DNA from: Acidobacteriota bacterium
GTDB lineage: Bacteria; Acidobacteriota; Vicinamibacteria; Vicinamibacterales; UBA2999
DNA length: 64,000 nt
Direction of reading: 5' to 3'
Assembly (NCBI GenBank): GCA_013140775.1
Contig: JABFSA010000085.1
Coordinates: forward strand, 8,237-72,236
Below the pieces are notes generated by a model. The model was not told the origin of the DNA, made no database searches, and saw nothing but the letters and a program-made list of their open reading frames with translations. How positions within the stretch are numbered: position 1 is the stretch's first letter; every line of letters begins with the position of its first letter. Positions 44,354 to 54,852 of this stretch are shown here, piece after piece. The position numbers and the translations under genes were made by a program.

Positions 44354-45568
44354 GTGCACTCGTGGAAGCGCAACCAGGCCGCGATCACCGCGGCCGCGTT
44401 CGTGGGTTTTGCCGGATTCACGCTGGTCATGCCGTTCCTCCCGCTGTATTTCGAGGAGCTCGGTCTGACCGATGTCGGCGACATCGCGCTGTGGACAGGC
44501 ATGACGCTCGGTATCTCGCCGGCCATTGCCGCCCTGACCGCACCCTTCTGGGGCCGCGTCGGTGATCGCTTCGGGCACAAGGTGCTCGTGCAGCGATCGC
44601 TCGTCAGCTTCATCCTCCTCATGATTGCCATGGCGTACGTCACTGAGCCGTGGCACCTCTTCGCCTTGCGGGCGATCCACGGCTTCTTTGCTGGTTACGG
44701 ACCTCTGACGCTTTCGATGGCCGCGATGTCCGCGCCGGAAGATAAGGTGGCGACCGCCATCGGTACCGTGCAGACAGCACAACGCATGGGTCCTACATTG
44801 GGACCCGTCATTGGCGGCGTTCTGGCGCCGGCGGTGGGCATCCGAAATGCCTTTCTCGTGGCCGCGGTGTTCTACGGTGCGGCATTGGTGCTCCTGACCG
44901 CGCTCTTCCGTGAGCCCGCTCACACCAGGACCGCTGTCACCCGCCGCGGATCGACGCCGTTCAGAGAGATCCTGCGGTTCGAAAACTTTCTCCTGATCAT
45001 GTTCGTGCTGTTCGGTCTGCAGCTCGTCGATCGCAGCTTCGGTCCGGTCCTTCCGCTCTATCTTGGCGATATAGGTTTCGCACCGGACGAAGTGCCACTG
45101 CTGGCCGGTGTGCTGTTTTCACTGTGGGCATTCACCGCCGCGATGGGAAACCAGTTGGCGGGATATCTTCTGCGCCGGTGGTCCCCGAGGGTGATCATCG
45201 GTTCCGCGGCGCTGAGTGCAGCCTGCGGACTCGTGCTGTTCAGCCTCTCCACCGGAGGATGGTCGCTGGCCGCGTCGCTCTCGGTGGTCGGTCTGGGCAT
45301 CGGCACGTCGGTCACAACGGCGTTTGCGGCTGGAAACGCGGTCATTCCGAGAGAGGTGCACGCGACGGCATTCGGCTTTCTCACGGGCGCCTCGTTGATC
45401 GGCATCGCCATTAGCCCTGTGTTGAGCGGGCTCGTCGCGGATCACAGCATCCGGGCGGTATTTGTGGCAGGCGCCGGGGTGCTGGTCGTATTGGCCGTGG
45501 CCGTTCGCCATGTCATGGTTGACGGCGCGTCCCTCGGCGATGCGGTCCCAGTGGTGGAGGAAAGCTGA
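44354..45568 (+). CDS. MFS transporter
   Basis: 404 aa, about 12 TM segments, with the GRVGDRFGHK loop motif between TM2 and TM3. GTG start. Confidence 0.85.
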   Translation: MHSWKRNQAAITAAAFVGFAGFTLVMPFLPLYFEELGLTDVGDIALWTGMTLGISPAIAALTAPFWGRVGDRFGHKVLVQRSLVSFILLMIAMAYVTEPWHLFALRAIHGFFAGYGPLTLSMAAMSAPEDKVATAIGTVQTAQRMGPTLGPVIGGVLAPAVGIRNAFLVAAVFYGAALVLLTALFREPAHTRTAVTRRGSTPFREILRFENFLLIMFVLFGLQLVDRSFGPVLPLYLGDIGFAPDEVPLLAGVLFSLWAFTAAMGNQLAGYLLRRWSPRVIIGSAALSAACGLVLFSLSTGGWSLAASLSVVGLGIGTSVTTAFAAGNAVIPREVHATAFGFLTGASLIGIAISPVLSGLVADHSIRAVFVAGAGVLVVLAVAVRHVMVDGASLGDAVPVVEES

Positions 45569-45573
45569 CTCTT

Positions 45574-46947
45574 ATGCGCGCGCGCCATCCGTCGGCTCGT
45601 CCGGGCTTCATCATCGCCGGACTGGTCCTGGTCGTACTTGTCACGCTGTTGGTGTTGCCCCTGCAGCGTGAGGGGACGACGACCACTGCGAAGGGATTCC
45701 CTCCCAGCCAGCGCCTGGTCGATTCGTTCATGGCGCTCCTGTGCCGGCCACCCAACGATGCGGAAACCCTCCGCTGGGACACGAAGGTGTTCACGAGCGG
45801 GGAGTTGTCGGCCTCGGTCAGGGCCACCCCCGAGAGCTTCAGGGTCCGAGCGATCCGGAAGGCGTTCGTCGATGTGCTGCTGCGAGATCCGGTGGAGGAC
45901 GGCTGCTCTGAGCTCCGAGAGTGGACGGACCGTCCGACCGACGTGCGGGACATCGCCCGTCGTCTGGCCTCATCGCCCGAAGCACAGCGTGTGCAGGAGA
46001 TTCGGGCCGTTCTGCGGAACAGTCAAGGTCGCGATCCGGCCGGATGGGATAACGGGACCGTCCAGCGCTGGGCGCGGAGCGGCTTCACCGCTGACGAAGT
46101 CGAGGCACGTGTGCGCGCACAACGACCGCTCGTCGGCGTGCACTACTTTGCCTGGTACGAGGAGGACAGCCGTGGCTGGGGCAACCGGGTTACGGTCGTC
46201 CCGAAGGATACCCCTCAGCCATCCCTGGGATGGTACAAATCCAGCGACGTTGGTGTGATGGACGCGCACATCAAGCAGATGACAGAGGCAGGCTTCGACT
46301 TCGTGATTCTGCAGGTCGTCGTTGAACGACCGGAGAGCTGGGAGATTGCGCACACATTCCTGAATCGATTGGAGGGCACCAGGCTCAAGGCTGTTGTGAT
46401 GGTGGATGGTCTCTACACCGCGACCATCACCACCAGCCGGGCATCGATCGAGAAGGCCAGCGGAGAGTTCGCTTCCCATCCCAGCTATTTCTGGCTGCAG
46501 GGCTCACCGCTCTTCCTGCTGTACTCCGGGCGGCTCGATTTCCGCGTTCCTGGTATCACGCTCAGGAACGTCTACTGGGCCGATCGATACGCACCTGGTG
46601 AGAACACGTTCAACCCTGATGGGCTTCTGTATCCGCACGACTGGGCCTTCTGGTCACCGACGCCACAGCCGATCGTCAACGGTGTCGTGCCCATCACACC
46701 GGGATATTCGGATACCCACCTTGCGCGGTCGGAATCGATGGAATACCCCAGGGACGAGGGTCGGATGTATCGAGAGCAGTGGCAGCGAGCCCTCGCCCTC
46801 CGCCCGGAATTCGTCATCGTGTACAGCTGGAACGAGCACTTCGAGCGAACCGCGATCGAGCCGACGTCTGCATGGGGCGACCAATACCTCCGATGGACGG
46901 CGTGCTACGCCGCGCATGCGCACGCGGGACGGGAAGGCACGTGCTGA
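45574..46947 (+). CDS. membrane-anchored protein: DUF4214-like repeats plus GH99/WbsX-like domain (paralog 1)
   Basis: 457 aa with an N-terminal TM anchor (FIIAGLVLVVLVTLLVL). Segments LVDSFMALLCRPPNDAETLRW and FVDVLLRDPVEDG are DUF4214-like. The C-domain has GVHYFAWY, LGWYKSSD...HIKQMTEAGFDFVILQ, PITPGYSDT and VYSWNEHFERTAIEP. These parallel the GH99 motifs FYYSWYG, LGSYSS, GPGYIDT and SFNEWHEGTQIE. Confidence 0.75.
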   Translation: MRARHPSARPGFIIAGLVLVVLVTLLVLPLQREGTTTTAKGFPPSQRLVDSFMALLCRPPNDAETLRWDTKVFTSGELSASVRATPESFRVRAIRKAFVDVLLRDPVEDGCSELREWTDRPTDVRDIARRLASSPEAQRVQEIRAVLRNSQGRDPAGWDNGTVQRWARSGFTADEVEARVRAQRPLVGVHYFAWYEEDSRGWGNRVTVVPKDTPQPSLGWYKSSDVGVMDAHIKQMTEAGFDFVILQVVVERPESWEIAHTFLNRLEGTRLKAVVMVDGLYTATITTSRASIEKASGEFASHPSYFWLQGSPLFLLYSGRLDFRVPGITLRNVYWADRYAPGENTFNPDGLLYPHDWAFWSPTPQPIVNGVVPITPGYSDTHLARSESMEYPRDEGRMYREQWQRALALRPEFVIVYSWNEHFERTAIEPTSAWGDQYLRWTACYAAHAHAGREGTC

Positions 46948-48293
46948 AGAGGTTCGCGAGCATTGCGGTCGTACTGACCAGTGCAATCGTGTTCCTGGTG
47001 ACACAGCAATCGCCTCCAGACACTGTTCGGCGCCGGAGCGTACCGCCAAGCGCAGAACTCGTCGATGCCTACATGGCGCAGCTCTGTCGCCCACCGTCAG
47101 ACGAGGAGACGCTGTTCTGGGATACGAAACCTTACAGCGTGCCGCAGCTCGTCGGAGAGATCAGGACGACAGCCGAGAGTGTTCGTTTGCGTGCCGTTCG
47201 CCGCGTCTATCTGGACGTGCTCCTGCGCGATCCTTTCGAGGGTGATTGCGAGGGACTGCGCCGGTGGGTCGATCGGCCCGTGCCTGTGAATGAGATCCGC
47301 CGCCGCCTCGGCTCTTCTCCCGAAGCGCGCCGCGTGGGAGAAATACGACGTGCCCTTGCCGATGTGGAGGGACGTGATCCCGCCGGATGGGATAACGGCA
47401 GCGTCCGCAGGTGGGTGGAAAGCGGTTTGTCACCGGCGGAGATTGGCACGAGGGTGGACGAACGGCGGCCGCTCGTGGGCGTTCACTACTTCACATGGTA
47501 CGAACGGGAACGCGTTCGCTGGGGAAATGGAGGCACCAGTCTGGTTCCCGACGACACGCAGAAACCCGAGCTCGGCTGGTACGACTCGAGTGACGTCGCC
47601 ACGATCGATCGACACATCGAACAACTGGAAGCAGCAGGGTTCGATTTTGTCATTCTTCAAATGTGGGTGCTGAAGCCTCACATCTGGGAGACTACGCATC
47701 GGTTCTTCGATCGTCTCAAAGGACGTCGATTGAAAGCAGTGGTGATGGTGGACGGCCTGTACGAGGCCTTACCCTCCGAGGTCACCAGGTGGGTGCGGAG
47801 AGCCGAAGCAGAGTTCGGAGACCTCCCAAACTACCTTTTGCTGAAGGGGCAGCCGGTCGTGCTCCTGTATTCGGCCCGGCTGGATTTTCCGGTTGCAGGA
47901 ATCCAGGTCCGCAACGTCTATTGGGCGGCTCGCTACGGCCAGGGTGACAACAGGTTCAATGCCGACGCGCTCGTCTATCCGCACGACTGGCCTTTCTGGT
48001 CGCCAACACCTCAGCCGGTCGTCAATGGCGTCGTTCCGGTGCTGCCGGGCTACACGGACGCGCATCTGGGCCGCAGGGAATCGATGGAGTACCCGCGGAA
48101 CAACGGGCAGATGTACCACGAGCAATGGCAGCGCGCGCTCGCGCTGCGTCCAGAGTTCATCATTGTCTACAGCTGGAACGAGCACTTCGAGCGGACGGCG
48201 ATCGAGCCAACAGCGGCCTGGGGCGACCAGTACGTGAAATGGACGGCCTGCTACGTGGCGCACGCACATGCCGGTCGTGAGGGCACGTGCTGA
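46941..48293 (+). CDS. membrane-anchored protein: DUF4214-like repeats plus GH99/WbsX-like domain (paralog 2)
   Basis: ORF 46779..48293 trimmed to GTG 46941 (MLKRFASIAVVLTSAIVFLV TM anchor). This start overlaps paralog 1's stop (GTGCTGA). It is collinear with paralog 1 and roughly two-thirds identical by eye. Both share the C-terminus HAHAGREGTC. Confidence 0.75.
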   Translation: MLKRFASIAVVLTSAIVFLVTQQSPPDTVRRRSVPPSAELVDAYMAQLCRPPSDEETLFWDTKPYSVPQLVGEIRTTAESVRLRAVRRVYLDVLLRDPFEGDCEGLRRWVDRPVPVNEIRRRLGSSPEARRVGEIRRALADVEGRDPAGWDNGSVRRWVESGLSPAEIGTRVDERRPLVGVHYFTWYERERVRWGNGGTSLVPDDTQKPELGWYDSSDVATIDRHIEQLEAAGFDFVILQMWVLKPHIWETTHRFFDRLKGRRLKAVVMVDGLYEALPSEVTRWVRRAEAEFGDLPNYLLLKGQPVVLLYSARLDFPVAGIQVRNVYWAARYGQGDNRFNADALVYPHDWPFWSPTPQPVVNGVVPVLPGYTDAHLGRRESMEYPRNNGQMYHEQWQRALALRPEFIIVYSWNEHFERTAIEPTAAWGDQYVKWTACYVAHAHAGREGTC

Positions 48294-48324
48294 AAGCGGA
48301 TGCTATTGTAGGGAACAGGACTCG

Positions 48325-49611
48325 TTGGCCACTCAACATCACGAACGCGCAGCACTCGTCGGTCTGATCACCGGTTCGATACGAAGGACCGAATCCGAGC
48401 AATCACTGGATGAGCTTGCCGGCCTGGCCGACGCTGCCGGAGCGGCCGTGGTCGTACAGATGCTTCAGGAGCGGTCGAAGCCGGACCCCGCGACGTTCAT
48501 TGGCAGTGGGAAGGTGTTGGCGCTCGCAGCCGCCTGCGCGGAGGCGGACGTAGACGTCGTCATTATCGACAATGAACTGAGCCCGGCCCAGCTCCGCCAG
48601 CTCGAAGAGCGTCTCGATCGCAAGGTCATCGATCGCACCCAGCTGATTCTGGATATCTTCGCCCGCCGCGCCCGAACGCGTGAAGGCAAGTGGCAGGTCG
48701 AGCTGGCACAGCTCGAGTACATGCTGCCGCGGCTGGTGGGCTCGAGCTCCGCACTCTCGAGGCTCGGCGGCGGCATAGGCACCCGGGGGCCTGGCGAAAC
48801 AAAACTTGAAACCGATCGCCGCAGGATCCGCGTACGTATCAAGACCATCCAGGGCGAGATCGACAACGTTCGGCGGCGCCGGACGCAGTTGAGGGAGCGT
48901 CGTCAGAAGCGCTCCATCCCGACGGTCGCGCTGGTCGGATATACCAACGCTGGAAAGACCACGCTTTTCAACCGGCTGACTCAGGCGGACGCGACTGCCT
49001 CTGACGCGCTGTTTGTGACGCTCGATCCGCTGATGCGCCAGGTGCATCTCCCCGGCGGAGGCGAGCTGCTCCTGTCGGACACGGTCGGTTTTATAAGCCG
49101 CCTCCCTCATGCCCTCGTGGCTGCCTTTCGAGCGACGCTCGAAGAGGCCGCGGAGGCTGATCTCGTGCTCCACGTCATCGACGCGGGGAAAGAGAATCGC
49201 GATCGGCAGATAGCGGCCGTCGAGAAGGTTCTCGAAGAAATGGGCGCCACCGACACTGATTCTTTCGATGTCTATAACAAGGTGGATACGATTTCGCCCG
49301 AGGAGCGGCGACGTATTCGAGAGGGCGATCCCGAAGCCGCGCTGATTTCGGCGCGGTCAGGAACCGGGGTGCCAGAACTGCTACGCAAGATAGCGTCACG
49401 TCTCAAGCTCGACACGACGCGAATCACGGTCACCTTCGATCCGCTGAAGGAGACGGATCGGCGCGAGATCGGACGGTTGTATCGGGCCGCCCGTGTCGTC
49501 AGTCATGTGACGCGTGGGCGGAAGGTCGTGATCGAGGCGGATATCCCGCGCCGGGATGCCGGACGATTCTCACGCGCGGCCGCAACGAACGATGCTGCGG
49601 ATGCCGTGTAA
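48325..49611 (+). CDS. hflX: GTPase HflX
   Basis: The HflX N-domain is ERAALVGLI...ELAGLADAAG. G-motifs are GYTNAGKTTLFN, DTVGF and NKVD. The start is taken at TTG 48325, because the ORF-track start 48268 overlaps the previous gene. Confidence 0.9.
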   Translation: MATQHHERAALVGLITGSIRRTESEQSLDELAGLADAAGAAVVVQMLQERSKPDPATFIGSGKVLALAAACAEADVDVVIIDNELSPAQLRQLEERLDRKVIDRTQLILDIFARRARTREGKWQVELAQLEYMLPRLVGSSSALSRLGGGIGTRGPGETKLETDRRRIRVRIKTIQGEIDNVRRRRTQLRERRQKRSIPTVALVGYTNAGKTTLFNRLTQADATASDALFVTLDPLMRQVHLPGGGELLLSDTVGFISRLPHALVAAFRATLEEAAEADLVLHVIDAGKENRDRQIAAVEKVLEEMGATDTDSFDVYNKVDTISPEERRRIREGDPEAALISARSGTGVPELLRKIASRLKLDTTRITVTFDPLKETDRREIGRLYRAARVVSHVTRGRKVVIEADIPRRDAGRFSRAAATNDAADAV

Positions 49612-49620
49612 AGGACTGAC

Positions 49621-50208
49621 GTGGGCAACCTCACCGTTCCGAACCAGCTGACGATTCTCCGGATTTTCCTGGTCCCGGTATTCGTACTGCTGCTCGTCTA
49701 CGGCTACCTTGGCTGGGCTCTCATCGTCTTCCTGACGGCTGGTGCGACCGACGCACTCGATGGCCTCATCGCGCGCCGGGCCGGCCAGCGCACGGCGCTG
49801 GGGGCGTGGCTCGACCCGATGGCCGACAAGCTCCTGCTCGTCACAGCCTTCGTGGTACTGACGTTGCCTGGCGTCCCTCTGACCAATCACATCCCGCTCT
49901 GGCTGACGATCTGCGTCATCAGCCGTGACGTTGTCATTGTCGGCGTTGTCGCTGCGGTGAGTCTGGCCATAGGCCCGAGAACGTTCCGGCCCTCGGTGCT
50001 CGGGAAGGCGGCCACAGCGACGTTCATCGTCACCAGCATCATCGTGATGTACTTCAACTACCGGCGCGAGTCGTCGGTGCTGATCGATATTGGCGTGTGG
50101 TTGTCCCTGGCGCTAACAGTGGTGTCGGCGGCCGACTACTTCGTCAAGCTTCGTGCGCTGCTGAGGGAAGAGGGAGGCGCGGGCGGCAGCAAGGCCGCCG
50201 GCGGGTAA
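49621..50208 (+). CDS. pgsA: CDP-diacylglycerol--glycerol-3-phosphate 3-phosphatidyltransferase-like protein
   Basis: GTG start with NQLTILRIFLVP and DALDGLIARRAGQRTALGAWLDPMADK (the CDP-alcohol phosphatidyltransferase motif). Confidence 0.85.
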   Translation: MGNLTVPNQLTILRIFLVPVFVLLLVYGYLGWALIVFLTAGATDALDGLIARRAGQRTALGAWLDPMADKLLLVTAFVVLTLPGVPLTNHIPLWLTICVISRDVVIVGVVAAVSLAIGPRTFRPSVLGKAATATFIVTSIIVMYFNYRRESSVLIDIGVWLSLALTVVSAADYFVKLRALLREEGGAGGSKAAGG

Positions 50209-50223
50209 AACCGGGCAGAGTCG

Positions 50224-51156
50224 TCAGCCGTCGAGCTTCTTCCTGAAGTAATCGACGGTCTTCATAAGGCCTTCCTCGAGATCAACCTTTGGCGCCCAGT
50301 CGAGCAGGGTGCGAGCGCGCGTGATGTCGGGCCTCCGCTGTTTCGGATCGTCAACAGGCAGGGGTTTATAGACGAGCCTGCTCGTGGAGCCCACCAGCTT
50401 GATGATCGTGGTTGCGATTTCGGCGATGGTCAGCTCACGCGGGTTCCCGATGTTGACCGGGTCGCTGGTGTTTGCGGCCATGAGCCGCAGAAGGCCATCC
50501 ACCAGGTCCGAGACGTAGCAGAAACTCCTGGTCTGCGTTCCATCACCAAAGATCGTGACGTCCTCGTTACGGAGAGCCTGTGACATGAACGCCGGCACCG
50601 CGCGTCCGTCGTGCAGGCGCATGCGCGGGCCGTAGGTATTGAAGATCCGGACGATCTTCGTATCCACACCGTGGTAGCGGTGATAGGCCAGGGTAATGGC
50701 TTCGGCAAAGCGCTTGGCTTCGTCGTAGACGCCTCTCGGGCCGATCGGATTGACGTTGCCCCAGTAGGTTTCTTTCTGGGGATGTTCCAGTGGATCGCCG
50801 TAGACCTCCGACGTTGACGCCAGCATGAAACCGGCGTGCTTGGCCAGGGCAAGGCCGAGGGCGTTGTGCGTTCCGAGCGAACCGACCTTGAGGGTCTGAA
50901 TCGGCAGTTCCAGGTAGTCGATGGGACTCGCCGGGCTGGCCCAGTGAAAGACGAAATCGACGTCGCCTTCGATATCGATGTGGCGGGTGACGTCGTGCCG
51001 GATGAATTCGAAATCCCGATCGCGGAGATGCGCGATGTTGGCGATATCCCCGGTTCGGAGATTATCGACACCGATCACATAGTGACCGCGGTCCAACAGC
51101 GCTTCGCTGAGGTGGGATCCGATGAATCCCGCGGCCCCGGTGACGACAATTCTCAT
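50224..51156 (-). CDS. uxs: UDP-glucuronate decarboxylase (UDP-xylose synthase)
   Basis: Motifs are [45 protein letters not shown] (YxxxK) and [10 protein letters not shown]. Confidence 0.85.
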   Translation of the reverse strand: MRIVVTGAAGFIGSHLSEALLDRGHYVIGVDNLRTGDIANIAHLRDRDFEFIRHDVTRHIDIEGDVDFVFHWASPASPIDYLELPIQTLKVGSLGTHNALGLALAKHAGFMLASTSEVYGDPLEHPQKETYWGNVNPIGPRGVYDEAKRFAEAITLAYHRYHGVDTKIVRIFNTYGPRMRLHDGRAVPAFMSQALRNEDVTIFGDGTQTRSFCYVSDLVDGLLRLMAANTSDPVNIGNPRELTIAEIATTIIKLVGSTSRLVYKPLPVDDPKQRRPDITRARTLLDWAPKVDLEEGLMKTVDYFRKKLDG

Positions 51157-51166
51157 TGAGATGACC

Positions 51167-52609
51167 TCAGGCTGCTACGCCACGCTGGAAGATGCCTCGA
51201 ACAAGCGTCAGCCACATGATCTTCAGATCCAGGCCGACGGACCAGTGCTCGATGTAATAGAGGTCGTACTCGATGCGCTTTTCGAGCGAGGTGTTTCCAC
51301 GCCAGCCGTTGACCTGGGCCCAGCCGGTGATCCCGGCCTTCACCTTGTGGCGCAGCATGTACTGGGGAATACGGTGCTTGAACTGCTCGACGAAGAACGG
51401 TCGCTCCGGGCGGGGACCCACAATCGACATATCGCCTTTGAGGACGTTCACAAACTGCGGTAACTCATCGAGGTCGAGCTTTCGCAGCCACCGGCCGATG
51501 GGCGTGGCTCTCGGGTCGTCGTCTCGCGCCCAGATCGGGCCGCTGGATTCTTCGGCATCCAGATACATCGATCGAAACTTCCAGACGGTGAACGCCTTGC
51601 CGTCCAGCCCCATCCGCTCCTGGCGATAGAAGATTGGGCCCTTCGACGTGAGCTTCACCAGGGCGGCAATGATGCCCGCCGGAATCGCGAGCACGAGGAC
51701 CGCAAGCCCTGAGAGCACGACGTCGAGCAGCCGCTTGACCCAGCTTCGGAAGCCCTGGAGCGGCACGTCGTTCACGTTGATGATCGGGAGCCCGTCGAGG
51801 TCCTCGAGGCGCGCGCGCAGGGCGATAAATTGCAGAAGGTCCGGCACGACCTTGACGTCGATACACTCGCGGCTCGTCACGTCCATCAGGTCGAGCAGCT
51901 TAGCATGTTCATCGAGCGCGAGTGCGACGTACAGGTGGTCGATTCGTTCGCGCTGAACAATGTCGGCGACCTCGGCCAGCGTCCCGAGGAGCGGAAGGCC
52001 CCGGTAGCCGATGTGATCCCCGCCAGCGCGGTCGTCCAGGAATCCGACGACCTGGTATCCGAGCTCGCGGTGCTGAAGGATCCGATCGGCTACCATCCGG
52101 CCGAGATCACCGGCCCCGGCGATCAGGATGCGCTTGAGACCGATGCCGGCACGCCAGCGCCGTTCGAGTAGCTCTCGAACCGCTTCTCTCGAGCAGAACG
52201 TCAGGACGACATTGAGGCCGAGAAAGAGCGCCCAGACGAGCTGTGAGACCTCGTAGGCGCCTCGGGCTTTGTCTTCTTCCGATGCCCAGTACGCCTGAAC
52301 GTACAGGGTGGAGATGATCCCGAGCACGACGGCGAGGATGCTGCCGATGAGCACCGCAAAAAAATCGTCAACTCGAGACCGGCCTCGGCGGAGACGGTAG
52401 ATACCTTGTAGATGGAACGCGACCGGCGAGAGCACCGCGACGAAGGGCAGCACATGGAAGTACTGCTCGATGGCCGGGTAGCCTCGGGTCACGGGGATCA
52501 GCCCGCTCTCGAACCGGATTCCATAGGCAAGCACGAACGCCCACATCGCGAGCAGGGCGTCGGTGACGACATAGAACGCGACGAGCAGGCGGTTGTATCG
52601 CTTTACCAT
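51167..52609 (-). CDS. priming polyprenyl-phosphate hexose-1-phosphate transferase (WcaJ/EpsB-type bacterial sugar transferase)
   Basis: 480 aa with about 5 TM segments and a central Rossmann-like domain ([10 protein letters not shown]). The C-terminal sugar-transferase domain has [27 protein letters not shown] and GITGWAQV. Confidence 0.9.
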   Translation of the reverse strand: MVKRYNRLLVAFYVVTDALLAMWAFVLAYGIRFESGLIPVTRGYPAIEQYFHVLPFVAVLSPVAFHLQGIYRLRRGRSRVDDFFAVLIGSILAVVLGIISTLYVQAYWASEEDKARGAYEVSQLVWALFLGLNVVLTFCSREAVRELLERRWRAGIGLKRILIAGAGDLGRMVADRILQHRELGYQVVGFLDDRAGGDHIGYRGLPLLGTLAEVADIVQRERIDHLYVALALDEHAKLLDLMDVTSRECIDVKVVPDLLQFIALRARLEDLDGLPIINVNDVPLQGFRSWVKRLLDVVLSGLAVLVLAIPAGIIAALVKLTSKGPIFYRQERMGLDGKAFTVWKFRSMYLDAEESSGPIWARDDDPRATPIGRWLRKLDLDELPQFVNVLKGDMSIVGPRPERPFFVEQFKHRIPQYMLRHKVKAGITGWAQVNGWRGNTSLEKRIEYDLYYIEHWSVGLDLKIMWLTLVRGIFQRGVAA

Positions 52610-53715
52610 CGGGTTCCCAGGGGTGCCGCCATGGTTTCGTCGATCACGTCCTGCATGCGACGATCGTGATGGGCACGCGAGAACTGCTGGGCCGACGCGC
52701 TGATGCGCGTCGCGTCGAACTGCAGGCGCGACACGCGGTCGAGGGCGGCGCTGAAGGATGCTGCGTCTGCCTGCGCAGCGAGCACGCCGGTTTCACCGTC
52801 GATCACAGTCTCGAGGGCTCCTCCGCGCGCCAAAGCCACGACCGGACGTCCGCACGCCTGCGCTTCGACCGTCACGATACCGAAGTCCTCTTCGCCCGGT
52901 AACAATACTGCCTGGGCCTTGTAGTACTCGTCCCGTACTTCGCTGTCGGTCAGGCGTCCGAGAAACGTGACGTTGGATCCTGCGCGTCGTTCGAGTCGCG
53001 CGCGCTCGGGTCCATCACCGACGACACGGAGCGACGCGCCCAACTGTTCGCAGGCTGCCATCGCCAGGTCGATCCGTTTGTACGGAACAAGGGCAGACAC
53101 GATCAGAAAATGGCGGCCGGGAGTGATGTCTGCTGGGTGGAAAAACGTGGTATCGACGGGAGGATGAACAATTGACGCCTGCCGATTATAGTATCGGCGG
53201 ATCCGGCCGGCAACGTGCGCCGAATTGGCCACGAAGCGGTGTACGCGTGAGGCCGTGTCCGCATCCCAGCGGGCCATTCTCGCCATCACGGGCGCGTACA
53301 ACAGGCGACTCGCCAGATATCCCTTCCGCTCCGGGCCGAAGTACGCGTCGAACTGATCCCACGCGTATCGCATCGGAGAGTGGCAATAGCAGAGATGACG
53401 GGCGCGGGGGGATACCCGTACGGCTTTGGCGGCGCAGTGACTCGAGCTAATCACCAGGTCGTACGCGTCGAACCTGAACCGTTCGATCGCGAGAGGGAAG
53501 AGGGGCAGGTACTGACGGTAGTACTTCGCGGCGAAGGGCAGCCACTGGATGAACGACGTGTCGATGCGGTGACGTTCGATCGCCGGGGAGACCGAGCCTC
53601 GCTTGTGGAACAGCGTGAAGATGTCGGCGTCGGGGTAGCGATCGCACAGGGCCTGGAGCACGTCCTCGCCGCCCCTCATCCCGGTCAACCAATCGTGAAC
53701 GAGTGCGACCGGCAT
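52603..53715 (-). CDS. glycosyltransferase family 4
   Basis: [18 protein letters not shown]-terminus. The EX7E region is PGEEDFGIVTVEAQACGRPVV. Confidence 0.85.
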   Translation of the reverse strand: MPVALVHDWLTGMRGGEDVLQALCDRYPDADIFTLFHKRGSVSPAIERHRIDTSFIQWLPFAAKYYRQYLPLFPLAIERFRFDAYDLVISSSHCAAKAVRVSPRARHLCYCHSPMRYAWDQFDAYFGPERKGYLASRLLYAPVMARMARWDADTASRVHRFVANSAHVAGRIRRYYNRQASIVHPPVDTTFFHPADITPGRHFLIVSALVPYKRIDLAMAACEQLGASLRVVGDGPERARLERRAGSNVTFLGRLTDSEVRDEYYKAQAVLLPGEEDFGIVTVEAQACGRPVVALARGGALETVIDGETGVLAAQADAASFSAALDRVSRLQFDATRISASAQQFSRAHHDRRMQDVIDETMAAPLGTRW

Positions 53716-54830
53716 CAGCGGCCTCTGGCCACCTCCTCATAAATCTCCCGCGTGCGCGCGACCGAGCCCTCCCAGGAAAACGCGCGGGACCGGGCGATCC
53801 CTTTCGCGCGCAGTTCCTCGCACAAGGCCGGATCTGTCAGCACCCGCTCGATCCCGTCCCGAATCGAGTCCACTTCGTAGGGATCCACCAGGACCGCCGC
53901 ACCACCCGTCACCTCCGGCAGTGACGAGACGTTCGACGTCACGACTGGCGTGCCACTCGCCATCGCTTCAAGTGGCGGCAGTCCGAACCCTTCATAGAGT
54001 GACGGAAAGACAAACACGGCCGCGAGCCTGTACATGATCGCCAGCATATCGTCGGACAAGTACCCGAGGAACCGGACATGCTTGTGAAGTTTGTGGCTGT
54101 GCACGGCCCGCCGCAGCGCCGGGAGCTTGGAGATCTCGTCACCGATGATCAGCAGCGTGACGTCGTCGAATCCGCGTTTGCGCAGATCCGCGAACGCCTC
54201 GATCAACCGTACGAGGTTCTTGTGCGGCTTGATGTTTCCCGTGTACAGCACGAATCGGCCGTGGAGCTGGTAGCGCTCGCGCACGCGTTCGACGTCCTCT
54301 TCTCTGGGGGGGACGCTGAAGCGTTCGTCGATGGCGTTGTAGACCACGACGATCTTATCCGCGGGAACGTTGAAGAATCGAATGATGTCGCGCTTGGAGG
54401 CTTCGGAGACCGTCAGAATCCGGCTCGACTGGCGCGCGGCACTCCACATCGACGCCCAGGCGTATCCGTAGGCCATGCGGTTGGGCAGGTACTGCGGAAA
54501 CATGAGGTGGATGCAGTCGTGAATCGTGACGATCGACCGGCACCGCACCGCGGGGGGCAATACATAGTGTGGGGCGTGAAAGACATCAGGCTTTTCGCGC
54601 CGCAGCGTCCACGGTACATGCACCTGTTCGCGAATCGAATAGTTCGGTGAAGGCTCGAGGACAACCCGGAAGTTCGAGCCGAGCTGAGACGCGATATCGA
54701 GGTCGGCCTGCTGGCACAGCAGGACATACTCGTTGTCCCGATCGATGCGCGCCAGGTGCCTCAGCAGATTCCGGGTGTACGTGCCGATGCCGAAGTCGTG
54801 GAGCTTTCGGGCATCGATCGCGACTCTCAT
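53715..54830 (-). CDS. glycosyltransferase family 4
   Basis: [11 protein letters not shown]-terminus. The EX7E region is [22 protein letters not shown]. Its stop overlaps the next gene's start by 1 nt. Confidence 0.85.
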   Translation of the reverse strand: MRVAIDARKLHDFGIGTYTRNLLRHLARIDRDNEYVLLCQQADLDIASQLGSNFRVVLEPSPNYSIREQVHVPWTLRREKPDVFHAPHYVLPPAVRCRSIVTIHDCIHLMFPQYLPNRMAYGYAWASMWSAARQSSRILTVSEASKRDIIRFFNVPADKIVVVYNAIDERFSVPPREEDVERVRERYQLHGRFVLYTGNIKPHKNLVRLIEAFADLRKRGFDDVTLLIIGDEISKLPALRRAVHSHKLHKHVRFLGYLSDDMLAIMYRLAAVFVFPSLYEGFGLPPLEAMASGTPVVTSNVSSLPEVTGGAAVLVDPYEVDSIRDGIERVLTDPALCEELRAKGIARSRAFSWEGSVARTREIYEEVARGR

Positions 54831-54852
54831 CTGCCCATGATACAGGCAGCCC

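Noticed and set aside
46779-46940. N-terminal extension of GH99-like paralog 2 suggested by the ORF track (start 46779)
   Set aside because: The extension is the out-of-frame 3' end of paralog 1. GTG 46941 gives an N-terminus (MLKRFASIAVVL...) homologous in position to the TM anchor of paralog 1.
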